Program-made: the position numbers and the translations under genes
In this document: positions 5,812 through 15,512 of the stretch, in pieces
Layout of the letters: the number at the start of each line of letters is the position of its first letter
How positions within the stretch are numbered: position 1 is the stretch's first letter
DNA from: a virus
Lineage: Duplodnaviria; Caudoviricetes
IMG/VR virus record: IMGVR_UViG_3300049165_000059
Location: 1-30,118 of that record
Length of the DNA: 30,118 nt
Strand: one strand, 5' to 3'
The notes under the pieces: model-generated
Database searches by the model: none
Seen by the model: the letters and a program-made list of their open reading frames with translations, nothing else
Told to the model about the DNA's origin: nothing

Positions 5812-8649
5812 TCATGTGGCGAAGACACCGTCGTCGAAGCCGTGGCCGTCCTGGTCGAAGATGAAGAGGGTCTCCGGGTCGTCCAGCCCCTCGGACCCGA
5901 ACACGCCGTCGTCGAAGCCGTGATCGTCGTCGTCGAACCGGAACACGTCCTCGACCTGCGTGGCGGCCTTCTCCAGCCCGAACTCGGTGTCGAGGAACCC
6001 GCCCTTGGACACCCGGTGGGAGATCGTCTCCAGGTAGAAGTCGGTGTCCACCCCGGTGACGGTTTCAGTGATGTGGACACGGTCGGACAGGTCGCGGGAC
6101 ACCTGCTGGAGGAGCCGCTCGTGGACCCGTGCGCCCTTGAGCGTCACCGTCACCACAGGCAGCCGCTCGGCCCGCGCACCCACGATCAGGGACGCGATCG
6201 CGGCAGCGTCGTGGACGCCCGCCCACGGGATATCCGGGGTGTACGTCCGGCGGCCGTACCGCGCCGCCGACGCTGTGTCCTCGGTTTCGACGTTGATGGT
6301 GCGGCGTACCGCGACCGGCTGCGCCACCACCCGCAGATTCGACACGGCGACCGCTGAGCCCGGCGCGGTGATCAGGACGGTGAGGGTTTGGCCGCTGCTC
6401 TGCAGCAGCCCACCCGACGCGGACCCGCCCCCCGCCACGTCGAACTCCAGCGTGGCGCGGACCACCGGCTCCGTGGTCGTCACCCGCAGCTCCAAGGTCT
6501 CCCCGGCGCCGATGCTGCGGAGATCCTCCGACTCCCACACCGTCTCCGGCTCCGCTGCAGGGTCCCGCTCCCCCACCTCGACCGAGACGTGGTTCACGAC
6601 CTCGGACCAGCCGTGGTCGTAGCTCATCGCGCTGAACGCCGGCTCGTACCCGCCGGTGCCGTCGGTGATGACCGCCTGCCCCGTCGTGGACCGCTCGTCG
6701 AGGAGACGGTGATGCCTCGACCGGAACACGATCCCGCCGGCCTCGTCGGCGTGGACCGTCGCTCCGGGCCCCTCCGACTGCACCAGCCGCAGCACCGCGT
6801 CCCACGCGTCGGTGTCTTCCTCCCACCACCACCGGATCCACGTCGCGCCCACATCGAGGCGGCGGTACGGGTCGTCCCGGCTGGGGTCCCGGAGCCGCAC
6901 CGACCACAGGTACGCCACATCCCCCGACGTGGGGGTGTTCTGGTGCCGCATCGACACCTTCGCCTGCGACGCGCCATCCGGCGCGTTGGCGTGGGTCTCG
7001 AACTCCTGCCAGGCCCCGGCCACGACGGTGGTGGTTTCCCCGAACGACGTGGACAGCAGCACGCCGTCCTCGTCGTACCAGAGGATGTTGAGCCGCCACG
7101 TCGCCCACCCGGCCGGGGAGTAGATCCGCCCGAACGCGACGTACTCCTCGCCCGGCGTTACCGTCCCGGGACCGGTCAGGTCAGAGTCAGCGCCACCGAA
7201 ACTGGACGTTCCGTCCGGGGTGACCTTCAACGTCTGGGTGCCTTGCGGAGACAGCACTTCCGTGCTCGCCTCAATGCTCCCGTTCACCGCGGACCACCCG
7301 CTGGTCCCGTCCGTGAACAGCGGGTTCGTGTTCAGCGGCGTGTCCGGCCACCCCACCTTGTCGAGGATGACGTTGATCGCCTGGTCCGTGCGGATCCCCT
7401 GATACAGCCGCGTGGAGATCGTCGCGCCCCGCAACTTCGCGAGCGGGTCCAGAGCGGTCGCGTCCACCGTCCACGAGTTCCGCTCAACCTGCACCGTGTA
7501 GTCGTCGAGGTGCCCCCGAAACAGCGTATGGGTCTCCCCATCCATGCTGACCGTGGCTTGCACGGGCCGCGCCGGGAGCAGGTCCCCCGCCAGCGGAGAA
7601 TCCGCGTTGTCCGGGGAGTAGTCGCGGGACTGGTTGTTCAGCGTGAACGCCGCGCGGCCTGCGGCAGGTGGGGCGAGCGAGCGGGCCTGGTCACGGCCGT
7701 ACGACGAGGAGAACCCACCCGCGGCGAGGACCCGTTCGGTGACGTCGTCGCCAGGGCCGTCGAACGAGCCGTCGTTGCCCCAATCGACCGCGAACCGCCA
7801 CGTCAACTCACCGAGCACCACAACTTCCGCGGACTCGGTCAGCGCCGCGGTATCTTCGCCCGCTGCGGTCGCCTCCACGTCCGCTGTTTCGCCGAGCGCG
7901 GCGGTGTCCGCGGCGGGCACATCCGCGGCCAGGACCACGGCGGCCTCCGTGAGGCCCGCGGTGTCACTGCCCTCCACCGGCGTCGCCGTCACCGCCGGCC
8001 GAAGCGCGACCGTCCACGTCAGGACGTTCGCCGTGGACACGCCGTTGGTCCACGGGCCCGGCGTGACGTTCGTGCCCGCAATGCGAGACACGTCCAGACC
8101 GTCGTCTGCAAGGGCCGCGCTTGTTGAGCCGCCCCCACCGGCAGGCGTGGGCTGATCAAGTTTGTCGTAGTCGGTCGGTGCGGTGTAGTTCGTAGAGGAG
8201 TCGGTGACCCGCTCCTGAATGACGGTGACGATCGCCTCGTCCGCGTTGACCGTGGTGACCTGCGGGCACGCGTGCGACGTCCCGGCAGTGCTCTCGTCGC
8301 GGACGGCATGATCTGAGACCGGGGACGACTCGTGGACGCCCCGCCAGATCCGTAGGATGCCGGTCTGCTTGTTGATCCCCGAATGGGTGAGGGTGACGTC
8401 GCCGGACTCGGTGCCGTCACACACCCGGTAGTACAGGCGCCCCTCATGCGTGCCGGAGTCGGCGACCAGCGCCTCGATCAGCGTGAACCCGGACGGCGGC
8501 GTCCACGTGACGCTGGCCTGCCCGTTCCATGACAGCAGCGCGAAGTCACCGGACTGCGGCGCCGACCCGCCACCCGCCACCGACCATGTCAGGGCGAGGG
8601 CGGTGGCGTTCTGGCTGTCGGAGTCGGACCCAATCCGGGTGAGCGCCAT
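5812..8649 (-). CDS. Large multidomain tail-tip protein with inserted carbohydrate-binding-module-like domain
   Basis: 945 aa, second gene after the tape measure. N-terminal beta domain, repeat linker, hub-like core and CBM4/9-like insert (NPLFTDGTSGW...VTPGEEY...WQEF...APDGA). Confidence 0.8.
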   Translation of the reverse strand: MALTRIGSDSDSQNATALALTWSVAGGGSAPQSGDFALLSWNGQASVTWTPPSGFTLIEALVADSGTHEGRLYYRVCDGTESGDVTLTHSGINKQTGILRIWRGVHESSPVSDHAVRDESTAGTSHACPQVTTVNADEAIVTVIQERVTDSSTNYTAPTDYDKLDQPTPAGGGGSTSAALADDGLDVSRIAGTNVTPGPWTNGVSTANVLTWTVALRPAVTATPVEGSDTAGLTEAAVVLAADVPAADTAALGETADVEATAAGEDTAALTESAEVVVLGELTWRFAVDWGNDGSFDGPGDDVTERVLAAGGFSSSYGRDQARSLAPPAAGRAAFTLNNQSRDYSPDNADSPLAGDLLPARPVQATVSMDGETHTLFRGHLDDYTVQVERNSWTVDATALDPLAKLRGATISTRLYQGIRTDQAINVILDKVGWPDTPLNTNPLFTDGTSGWSAVNGSIEASTEVLSPQGTQTLKVTPDGTSSFGGADSDLTGPGTVTPGEEYVAFGRIYSPAGWATWRLNILWYDEDGVLLSTSFGETTTVVAGAWQEFETHANAPDGASQAKVSMRHQNTPTSGDVAYLWSVRLRDPSRDDPYRRLDVGATWIRWWWEEDTDAWDAVLRLVQSEGPGATVHADEAGGIVFRSRHHRLLDERSTTGQAVITDGTGGYEPAFSAMSYDHGWSEVVNHVSVEVGERDPAAEPETVWESEDLRSIGAGETLELRVTTTEPVVRATLEFDVAGGGSASGGLLQSSGQTLTVLITAPGSAVAVSNLRVVAQPVAVRRTINVETEDTASAARYGRRTYTPDIPWAGVHDAAAIASLIVGARAERLPVVTVTLKGARVHERLLQQVSRDLSDRVHITETVTGVDTDFYLETISHRVSKGGFLDTEFGLEKAATQVEDVFRFDDDDHGFDDGVFGSEGLDDPETLFIFDQDGHGFDDGVFAT

Positions 8650-8664
8650 AGGGCTACACAGACC

Positions 8665-9177
8665 TCAGGACGATAGAGAGAGCGTCAGCGTGATCTGCCA
8701 CGTGCCCGTGGCCTTGGTCCCGAGCGCCTCCACCTTCCGGTTCAGCATCCGCCCCGAGCTGGCGGCGTTGAAGATGCCCCATTCCGCCCACGTGAAGTTC
8801 GCGTCGCTCGACCCGAACGTTGAGCGGAACACGATCTGGTGCGCGCCCGAACCGGTGCCGTCCGTGTGCAGCGGGTACGTCGAGTCCATTGCTTTGCGGA
8901 GCTTGTTCGTCGCGGCCTGCAGGTCCGTCTGCGTCGCAGCGGCGGCCGTCGCTGAATCCCCGACCCCGATGTGCGCGTTCGCGTTGCTGAACGCGCTCAC
9001 GGACGTCCCGCCGGTGAGGCGATGCCACAACGCAGACGCACCCCCGTGGAGGAGGATGTTGCCGTCAATCTCCAGGACCTCGTACGGGATATCCGCAGCG
9101 AACGCGGCATCGTCCGCGTACTTGCGGAGGCGCGTGTGGCACCGCCACCGGATCACGTCCCGACGCAACCGGGTCAC
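8665..9177 (-). CDS. Minor tail protein (170 aa)
   Basis: GTG at 9177 overlaps the tape measure TGA. Motifs HIGVGDS..A..ATQTDL and ANFTWAEWGIFNA are typical of tail fibre/baseplate-associated proteins. Confidence 0.75.
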   Translation of the reverse strand: MTRLRRDVIRWRCHTRLRKYADDAAFAADIPYEVLEIDGNILLHGGASALWHRLTGGTSVSAFSNANAHIGVGDSATAAAATQTDLQAATNKLRKAMDSTYPLHTDGTGSGAHQIVFRSTFGSSDANFTWAEWGIFNAASSGRMLNRKVEALGTKATGTWQITLTLSLSS

Positions 9178-12100
9178 CTCGTGGGCCACGGGACCCTCCC
9201 CTGCTTCTGTAGATCGTCCAGCCCGCTCGCCAGCCAGTTCTGCGCCTCCAGGCGGCTGGAGATCACGCCGTGGTTGTCCATGTGGAGATGCACGTGGGTG
9301 GTGTGCGCGGCTCCGTCCCCGCCCACGGCACGCGCCGACGACCGGACCGTGGGGGCGATGAACGCGCGCCCGACCTGCCCCGCGTTGATCGCCTGCACGA
9401 GCGCCGCGTGTTCGTGAGCGTCGTCCTTGTTGACGACGAACTCCCCGCGCGTCGCCGCGATCAGGTTCTTGTCGTTGCCGCCGCGGCCGGACACCCACCC
9501 GCCAGCACCGAACGCAGGCACCCGAGGGCGGACAGGGCTCACGTCCGCGGACGGGTCCCCGATCAGCCCCAGCGACGCAGCGAGATCCACGTCCCGGCGG
9601 GACGCGCCGGTCCGCAGCGCACGCCGAGCGAGCCGCGCCTCCTCACCAGACACCGCGCCGCCCTGAGCCATCCGCATCGTCAACCCGTACTGCCTGGTGA
9701 ACATGGAGTGGTTCGCGCCTCTCGCACCACCACCGACACGCACACCCGCGCTACCGGACGACTCCACAGCAACGCCGGAGAGAGTCCCCGCCATGTGCCC
9801 GACACCCGCGTCGGTGACACCGACCTGGAACGCGGAGTGCTTGTTCCGCACGAACCCGTCCGGTCCGGACGACGCACCGAACGAGTGGGTGGTGTGCCGC
9901 CGCGAGTGCGGGTTACGACCCTGAATCACGTTCACCAGCGCGCTGGTCCAGCCGGAGCAGTCGTAGCCTCTGGGGCCGACACCACCCCAGATGTACGGCT
10001 TCCCCGCCTGCGTGCGGGCCCACGCCAACGCCTTACCGCCGGACGCGAACTTCTTCCACTCCGCCGCGAGCGCCTTCGAAATGGTGGTGATCATTCCGTC
10101 GATGCCGCCGAGCACCGGACGCATCACCGTGCCCACATCACCGCGCACACTGCCGCGGCCGGCGAAGTTGACCGGGCCGCCCCTCGCAAAACCTTGTAGC
10201 TGGCCGCGGCGGGCGAGGGCACGCATCCGCAGCATCGCCCCATGCCCACCCACCGCGTCGACCTCTTCGGGGGTCCACACGTGCTCGTCCACCCGCAGCA
10301 TCGCGGGAACCGAGTCGTACGCGCGGGACGACTCCGGCCCCAAGCTCGGGACGGGGCCGCCGGTGGCGAGGCCAGGGATGAACCGGCCGGGGTCGCGGGT
10401 GAAGGTGCCGGACGCGGACACCTTGATGTCCGCCTTCCGGTCCTTGATCTTCCGGATCTCTTTCCACAGCGCTTCAGCCTTGTCGCGGGCGATGCCCATC
10501 GCGCCCGCAGCGGACAGGAACGCGCGGCGGCTGGTGTTGGTCGCACCCGTCGCGTGGCCCGTCGAGCGGGCGAGGGCGTCGACCTCGGCGCGGGCACGCT
10601 TGTTGTTGCCTGCCAACGCGTACAGCACCGGCAGCGCGTCCCGGACCCGCTGGTTGTAGACCCGCTGCGCGCCCGCCGCGCCGTCCGTGCGCATCGCCTG
10701 AATCCGGGCCTGCGCCGCGGCCTGCTGCACCCGCGTGATGTACGTCGCCGTCGCCGTCGACCCCGAGTTGGTGACGCCGGTGAGTCGCTGGTACGCACGC
10801 CACAGTTGGTCGGCGTTGACCTTCGTGCCGAACAGGGCGCGGGCCTGAGCGATGAACGCGGTCCGGGAGATGTTGGTCTGGTTGATGTTGAACCCGGTCA
10901 CCCGAGCCAACGCCTCAACCTGCGCGCGGGCCTCCTTGTTCCGCCCCGCGAGAGCGAACAGCAGCGGCAAATGCCGGTTCACCGCCGCGTTCGCGCGTTC
11001 CTGCGACCCGGTCATCTGGAACGTCGCCTGGTGAAGCTTCTGCATGGTCGTGAGCTGCTGAGCGAACGTGTTCCGCAGTTGCAGCGACGCCTGAGACGAG
11101 CCGTCCATGCGGCCCTTCGCCTTGCCGATCTGCTCCCCGAGCTGCCGGAACCCCTCCCGCAGCGCCGTCGTCGCCTGATACGCGGCGATGGTCGGGGTGA
11201 ACTGGGCGTCGAACGCCGCCGTGAGCGCCTTCACCCTGTCCGACAAGGTCAGCGCCTTGTTGCCCGCGTCCTCCAGAGACAGCGCGATCTGCTTGGTGGG
11301 GTTGTTCGCGAGCTCAGCCGCCATCCGGTACTGATCAAGCTTCTGCGCGGCCTTGTTAGTGAGCTGCCCCGTGCCGTCCAACGCCGTCGACAGGTCCACC
11401 CCGGCGGCGGTCGCCATCCGGCGGGCCTGCTCAGCGGTCACGCCGTACCGGTCCCCGAGAATCCCCGCCGCCCGCTGAACCGTCGTCATCTTCGCGTCGG
11501 TCGCGGAAATCTCCTCACGGAGCCGCCGCTGCTCGTCCTTCAGCTTCTCCAGCGACTGCCGTGCCCCGTCCGTGCCTTCCTTGCTGGACTGGACGGTCTT
11601 GTTGGACCGCTGCTGCGCCTGGTCCACGGCACGCACCGACGCCAGAAGCCGCTGCTCCAGCTCAGTGCGCAGCGACCGGTACCCGTCGATGTTGTTACCG
11701 ACCGCGCGGTGCGAGATCCGCAACCCCTCAATGAGGTTGTCGATCTGGTCCTTGGAGTTCGCGACGTGGATCGCGAACAGCACCAGCCCGGCGCCGGCGG
11801 CGATGTACAGTGCCGGGCCGGCGGCCATGAGGCCGTGGAGGAGTTTCGTGGAGCGGGACGCGCCGGCGTTCGCCGCAGCGAACCCCCGCACCCGCTGACT
11901 GGTGTTCCGGGCGCCGTTCGCGATACCCATCAGCGGGGCACGCAGCAGCAACGCGGACACGGCGAACTGGGCGAGCATCGGGTTCATCGCCGCGACCGCG
12001 TTGAGCGCGCCGAGGGTGCCGTTGGTGAGCTGCAGCAGCCCGATCCCGAGGGGTTCGAGGTCCTGCACCAGGTCCAGGGTTGTGTCCCCAGCGGTGACGA

Positions 12101-12902
12101 GCGTGTCGCCCAGCACATCAAGCGCCTGCGGGGCTTTCTGCCCCGCCCACGTGAGGAACTCCCCACCGATCCGGTCGCCGATGAAGTCGCCGATGCGGTT
12201 CGTGAATGTGAGGACGTCCCCGGCAGTGTCGCCGAACAGCTTCCCCACATCGGGGAGCAGGCCCCGCGCCATCGACAGCATCGAGTTGAACGCGCCGAGC
12301 GCCTCCGGCTCGTAGCTCTTGGCGAGGTTCTTGTACTCGTCGGCGAGGGTGTTCACCAGCACCGCGGACACCCGCTGCTGCTGCGACAGGGTGGCCCATT
12401 CCGCGGCGAGGTCCTCCTGCGCGGAGATGACCTTGAAGATGCTCCCGGCGGCCACGACACCGAACGCGCCCATCGCGACCGTCGCCGAAACCGCCGCCGC
12501 CCCCGCCGCACCAGCGACAGCGATCACTGACACCAGCGTCGACCGCTCCGCCGTCAACCCACGGACGCTGTTCTGCACCTCGCGGGCGTTGCGGCGCCGC
12601 GACTCGGTGTCCCGATCCGTTTCGGAGGAGTGCCGGCGGGTCTCGTCGCTGTTGCGGCGGGTCTCCTCCGACTGCCGCCGCGCCTGCTCGGACTGTTCCC
12701 GCTGCGTCTCCATCAGGCGCCGTAGCTGCCGTTCGAGGCGGTCGGCTCCGCCGCGCTGCTGCTCGAATGAGGTGTTCGCGCGGCGCGCTGCCCGTTCGGC
12801 CTCGTCCCCGAACCGGTTCACGGCGCGTTCCGCGGCCCGCATCGCGGCGATGAAACCGGTGACATCTGCGCGGAGCCTGACGGACACAGAACGGTCTGTC
12901 AT
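9174..12902 (-). CDS. Tape measure protein with C-terminal NlpC/P60 peptidoglycan peptidase domain
   Basis: 1242 aa, Ala-rich and helical, MTDRSVSVRLRA start, follows the tail chaperones. GKPYIWGG...YDCSG...GH catalytic motifs; GG..ATGG and GEFVVN motifs. Confidence 0.95.
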   Translation of the reverse strand: MTDRSVSVRLRADVTGFIAAMRAAERAVNRFGDEAERAARRANTSFEQQRGGADRLERQLRRLMETQREQSEQARRQSEETRRNSDETRRHSSETDRDTESRRRNAREVQNSVRGLTAERSTLVSVIAVAGAAGAAAVSATVAMGAFGVVAAGSIFKVISAQEDLAAEWATLSQQQRVSAVLVNTLADEYKNLAKSYEPEALGAFNSMLSMARGLLPDVGKLFGDTAGDVLTFTNRIGDFIGDRIGGEFLTWAGQKAPQALDVLGDTLVTAGDTTLDLVQDLEPLGIGLLQLTNGTLGALNAVAAMNPMLAQFAVSALLLRAPLMGIANGARNTSQRVRGFAAANAGASRSTKLLHGLMAAGPALYIAAGAGLVLFAIHVANSKDQIDNLIEGLRISHRAVGNNIDGYRSLRTELEQRLLASVRAVDQAQQRSNKTVQSSKEGTDGARQSLEKLKDEQRRLREEISATDAKMTTVQRAAGILGDRYGVTAEQARRMATAAGVDLSTALDGTGQLTNKAAQKLDQYRMAAELANNPTKQIALSLEDAGNKALTLSDRVKALTAAFDAQFTPTIAAYQATTALREGFRQLGEQIGKAKGRMDGSSQASLQLRNTFAQQLTTMQKLHQATFQMTGSQERANAAVNRHLPLLFALAGRNKEARAQVEALARVTGFNINQTNISRTAFIAQARALFGTKVNADQLWRAYQRLTGVTNSGSTATATYITRVQQAAAQARIQAMRTDGAAGAQRVYNQRVRDALPVLYALAGNNKRARAEVDALARSTGHATGATNTSRRAFLSAAGAMGIARDKAEALWKEIRKIKDRKADIKVSASGTFTRDPGRFIPGLATGGPVPSLGPESSRAYDSVPAMLRVDEHVWTPEEVDAVGGHGAMLRMRALARRGQLQGFARGGPVNFAGRGSVRGDVGTVMRPVLGGIDGMITTISKALAAEWKKFASGGKALAWARTQAGKPYIWGGVGPRGYDCSGWTSALVNVIQGRNPHSRRHTTHSFGASSGPDGFVRNKHSAFQVGVTDAGVGHMAGTLSGVAVESSGSAGVRVGGGARGANHSMFTRQYGLTMRMAQGGAVSGEEARLARRALRTGASRRDVDLAASLGLIGDPSADVSPVRPRVPAFGAGGWVSGRGGNDKNLIAATRGEFVVNKDDAHEHAALVQAINAGQVGRAFIAPTVRSSARAVGGDGAAHTTHVHLHMDNHGVISSRLEAQNWLASGLDDLQKQGRVPWPTR

Positions 12903-12919
12903 GGGAGCGAGTCACCCCC

Positions 12920-13815
12920 TCAGCCGGGTTTGCGGCGCACACCGAAGCGGAGGGCGTGCAAGTGCGGGACCTCTGCGTAGTCCTTCTGCCGGTGATACAG
13001 CGCGTCGCAGGCGTGACACCGGGCGGGGAGTTGCGCCTCGTACGCGCCAGCCGCGTCCGGCTTCAGGGTTTCGGAGAGCGGCTGACCGCACCCGCTACAC
13101 GCGTCCGCCTCAAGGTCGATCAGCGAGATCGCGACAGCGCGGGACTCCTCATCCCACTCCGCCTCAACCTCCGTCACAGCCCGGACGACACGACCCTCAA
13201 CGTCGTACTCGTACGTCGTTACCCGGCGAGGCTCCCACCCGCCGAACCGGCGCGGGGAGACTCCCCACGCTCGGGCTGCCTCGACCTCGGCGCGGAACTC
13301 GCCAGAATCGCGGAGGCGGCGACGGATTTTGGGACATCCACCAGATCACGGTTCAGCTGCGCCGCACACAGGAACAACCGCTCCCGCTGCCCATCGGTCA
13401 GCACATCCAGGAGCTCCTCGACCTGCTCCAGCGTCATCACCGGGTCGATACAGCACGCGGAGATCAGAGCCGCCGGCCACGTGTTCATGTTCGCGCCGAA
13501 CAGGGCGTCGAAGTTGTCGCCCTCCCGCGGCTTGTGCTCCTGGACCATCTCCCGGTACTGGCGGCCCGGCAGCGCACGGAACGCGAACGGGTGCGTGTGC
13601 TCACGCATCTCCCGCTCGACCCGCTGGATCTCTTCGGCGACCTTCCGTGCCTTGCCGCCATCGGCCAGGGACGACCCCTGCTTGTCGGCCTCGCTCGCCT
13701 CCTCCAGCTCCCGCTCCAGATCCTCGTGGCGGCGCTGCAGGTCACCCCGAAGACAGATCTCCACACTGTCCTCGGGGAGCTTCGCGGTCTTGAGGATGTC
13801 ATCGAAGTTCACCAT
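12920..13815 (-). CDS. Tail assembly chaperone, long -1 frameshift product (gpGT-like)
   Basis: After C CCA AAA the -1 frame reads IRRRLRDSGEFRAEVEAARAWGVSPRRFGGWEP...TTYEYD and joins the 12920..13177 ORF (CSGC...CHAC) without a stop. Confidence 0.85.
13219..13815 (-). CDS. Tail assembly chaperone, short product (gpG-like)
   Basis: 198 aa ORF between the tail tube and tape measure genes. Confidence 0.9.
   Translation of the reverse strand: MVNFDDILKTAKLPEDSVEICLRGDLQRRHEDLERELEEASEADKQGSSLADGGKARKVAEEIQRVEREMREHTHPFAFRALPGRQYREMVQEHKPREGDNFDALFGANMNTWPAALISACCIDPVMTLEQVEELLDVLTDGQRERLFLCAAQLNRDLVDVPKSVAASAILASSAPRSRQPERGESPRAGSAGGSLAG
13327..13333 (-). other. -1 programmed ribosomal frameshift heptamer CCCAAAA
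   Basis: X XXY YYZ pattern in the correct phase (GTC CCA AAA TCC); frame arithmetic matches the downstream ORF. Confidence 0.85.
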
Positions 13816-13841
13816 CAGTGCCCCCGTCCCTCAGCCCGTGA

Positions 13842-14333
13842 TCAGGCGACCGTGGCGTTCGAGTCGCCCGCGGTGTGGTTGAACATCTTCTGCACCACGG
13901 TCTGCGGCGTGTTCAGCTCCGGGGGCTGACGGCGCCGCTCACCACACCGCACCGGGTAGATCTCCGCCTCGTCGCCGGCCTCCCACGCCTCCTCGTGCGG
14001 ACGGTTCCGCCGCACCGCGAGGAACCCGAGCGTGCCGGGCGCCAGGGTGTTGTAGGCGGTGTCGTCACCGGACGATTCGGCCCGCTTGTACGTCAGCTCG
14101 ATGGACTCCTTCACCGTGCCGGCGTCCTCGGTTTCCTTCCGCGACGCGAGGGAGGTGTTGTCCACGGCCTCCTGCTCGGGCTCGATCCCGAGACCGTCGC
14201 GGGTGATGCGCTCCTGCAGATCGACACCACCGTTCAGCTCGACGGCGGTCGGTGCGGACACCGACGCGATCGCGTCGTCGCCGGTCACGAATGTGCATTT
14301 GATGTTGCCGTCGCCCAACAGGTCAGCAGCCAT
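13842..14333 (-). CDS. Major tail (tube) protein
   Basis: 163 aa; APTAVELNGGVDL, GFLAVRR and AGDEAEIYPV motifs; position before the chaperones; SD AAGGAG. Confidence 0.9.
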   Translation of the reverse strand: MAADLLGDGNIKCTFVTGDDAIASVSAPTAVELNGGVDLQERITRDGLGIEPEQEAVDNTSLASRKETEDAGTVKESIELTYKRAESSGDDTAYNTLAPGTLGFLAVRRNRPHEEAWEAGDEAEIYPVRCGERRRQPPELNTPQTVVQKMFNHTAGDSNATVA

Positions 14334-14348
14334 GCGGGATCACGCTCC

Positions 14349-14663
14349 TTACTCTTCGGTGGCCGCGCGGCTGCGGCTCTTGCGGGTGGTGGGCCGGGCG
14401 GGCGTGTCGCCCTCCTCCGGCTCAGGCTTGGGATCAGGCGCAGGCGAGGGGTCGGTGTCGGCCGGCTCCGGCGCGGGAGGCTGCTTGGTGACCTCCACCC
14501 CCGCGGACTCGGACACCCGCGCCGCCTCCGCTTCACGCTCGGCGCGGAGCTCCTCCTCCGGGATCGGCTCCCACCCGGTCAGGTGCGGCAGCGCGGACAC
14601 CGCGATGTCCGCGACCCGCGCGGGGTCATCGACGCGGCGGCACTTCACGAACTCGATAGCCAT
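14349..14663 (-). CDS. Hypothetical protein with low-complexity Pro/Glu/basic tail
   Basis: 104 aa ORF with SD GGGGGGA, filling the gap before the tail tube gene. Confidence 0.7.
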   Translation of the reverse strand: MAIEFVKCRRVDDPARVADIAVSALPHLTGWEPIPEEELRAEREAEAARVSESAGVEVTKQPPAPEPADTDPSPAPDPKPEPEEGDTPARPTTRKSRSRAATEE

Positions 14664-14678
14664 CAGCGATCCCCCCGC

Positions 14679-15008
14679 TCAGACCCGGATCGCGGCGATC
14701 GTCACGGACGTGACGCCGTCGTAGGTGATCGACGCGAGACCGTTGGTGGCGCGGAAGTTCTGGTCGATCGGCCCGATCATCCGTTCCTCGCTCGCCGGGA
14801 TCGTGGCGGTCAGGTCCGCGATGGCCAGGCCAGCGACCGTTCCGGGCGTCACGACGGTGACGGTGTGGGGACTCGCATCGCCGTTCTTGACGTGCAGGAA
14901 CAGGTTGCTGACGACCTGGACGGTGTCGCCGCCGCCGGCCGCCGCCGCGTAGGTCGGTTCGAGGCCGTCGCTCGCTCGGGTGATGGTCTGGACGGTGAGC
15001 TCCGCCAT
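14679..15008 (-). CDS. Small beta-rich virion protein (109 aa)
   Basis: ATG at 15008 with SD AGGAGGAG; LHVKNG...TVTV...IGP motif; located between tail terminator and tail tube. Confidence 0.8.
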   Translation of the reverse strand: MAELTVQTITRASDGLEPTYAAAAGGGDTVQVVSNLFLHVKNGDASPHTVTVVTPGTVAGLAIADLTATIPASEERMIGPIDQNFRATNGLASITYDGVTSVTIAAIRV

Positions 15009-15038
15009 TCGGTTCTCCTCCTGGGGTTGGGCATGGGC

Positions 15039-15059
15039 GAACAGCCCGCACGGCGGGCT
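15039..15059 (-). terminator. Intergenic hairpin (weak terminator or processing/stability element)
   Basis: AGCCCGC-CGT-GCGGGCT followed by GTTC on the minus strand. Confidence 0.4.
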
Positions 15060-15074
15060 CACGTTGCGTTTGAA

Positions 15075-15512
15075 TTAGGCGGGTTGGGTGCGCCAGGAGA
15101 TCTGCAGCACCGACATATGCGACGACGGCAACACCGTGTCGTCCCTAGACGCGGGCCGCCGGTCCAGTTCCAGCACACCGGGATACGACGACCGGCCCTC
15201 CACAGGCAGCCTCCGCCCCACCAGAGCCGCCTTGCACAAGTCAGCGACCGCCTCAGCGGCGTCCTGCGTCGCGCCGACACAGTTGATCTGCACGGTGTAG
15301 TCGAGGTACTCGTACGGCTCCGCCACGCCCCCGTCCGTGGAACCCGGCGACGGGTACACCACCGCGTACGGCACGTGGGTGGAGTCGCCCTCCTGCCCCT
15401 GCCACCCGGCGTCGTCGGGCTTCCCGCCGCGGCCGACCTTCAGCCCGGCGACCGCCAGCACAGCCACGACAGCGTCCGTGTGGGGGCGGGCCGCCGCAAC
15501 GGACAGGATCAC
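15075..15512 (-). CDS. Tail terminator / tail completion protein
   Basis: GTG at 15512 (GTGA overlap); PYAVVYP and VQINCVG.T..AA motifs; follows the HK97 gp10-like gene. Confidence 0.8.
   Translation of the reverse strand: MILSVAAARPHTDAVVAVLAVAGLKVGRGGKPDDAGWQGQEGDSTHVPYAVVYPSPGSTDGGVAEPYEYLDYTVQINCVGATQDAAEAVADLCKAALVGRRLPVEGRSSYPGVLELDRRPASRDDTVLPSSHMSVLQISWRTQPA

Noticed and set aside
5812-5950. C-terminal duplicated sequence as a diversity-generating retroelement VR/TR pair
   Set aside because: The copies are short, adjacent and in frame, differences are not adenine-specific, and there is no reverse transcriptase in the window.
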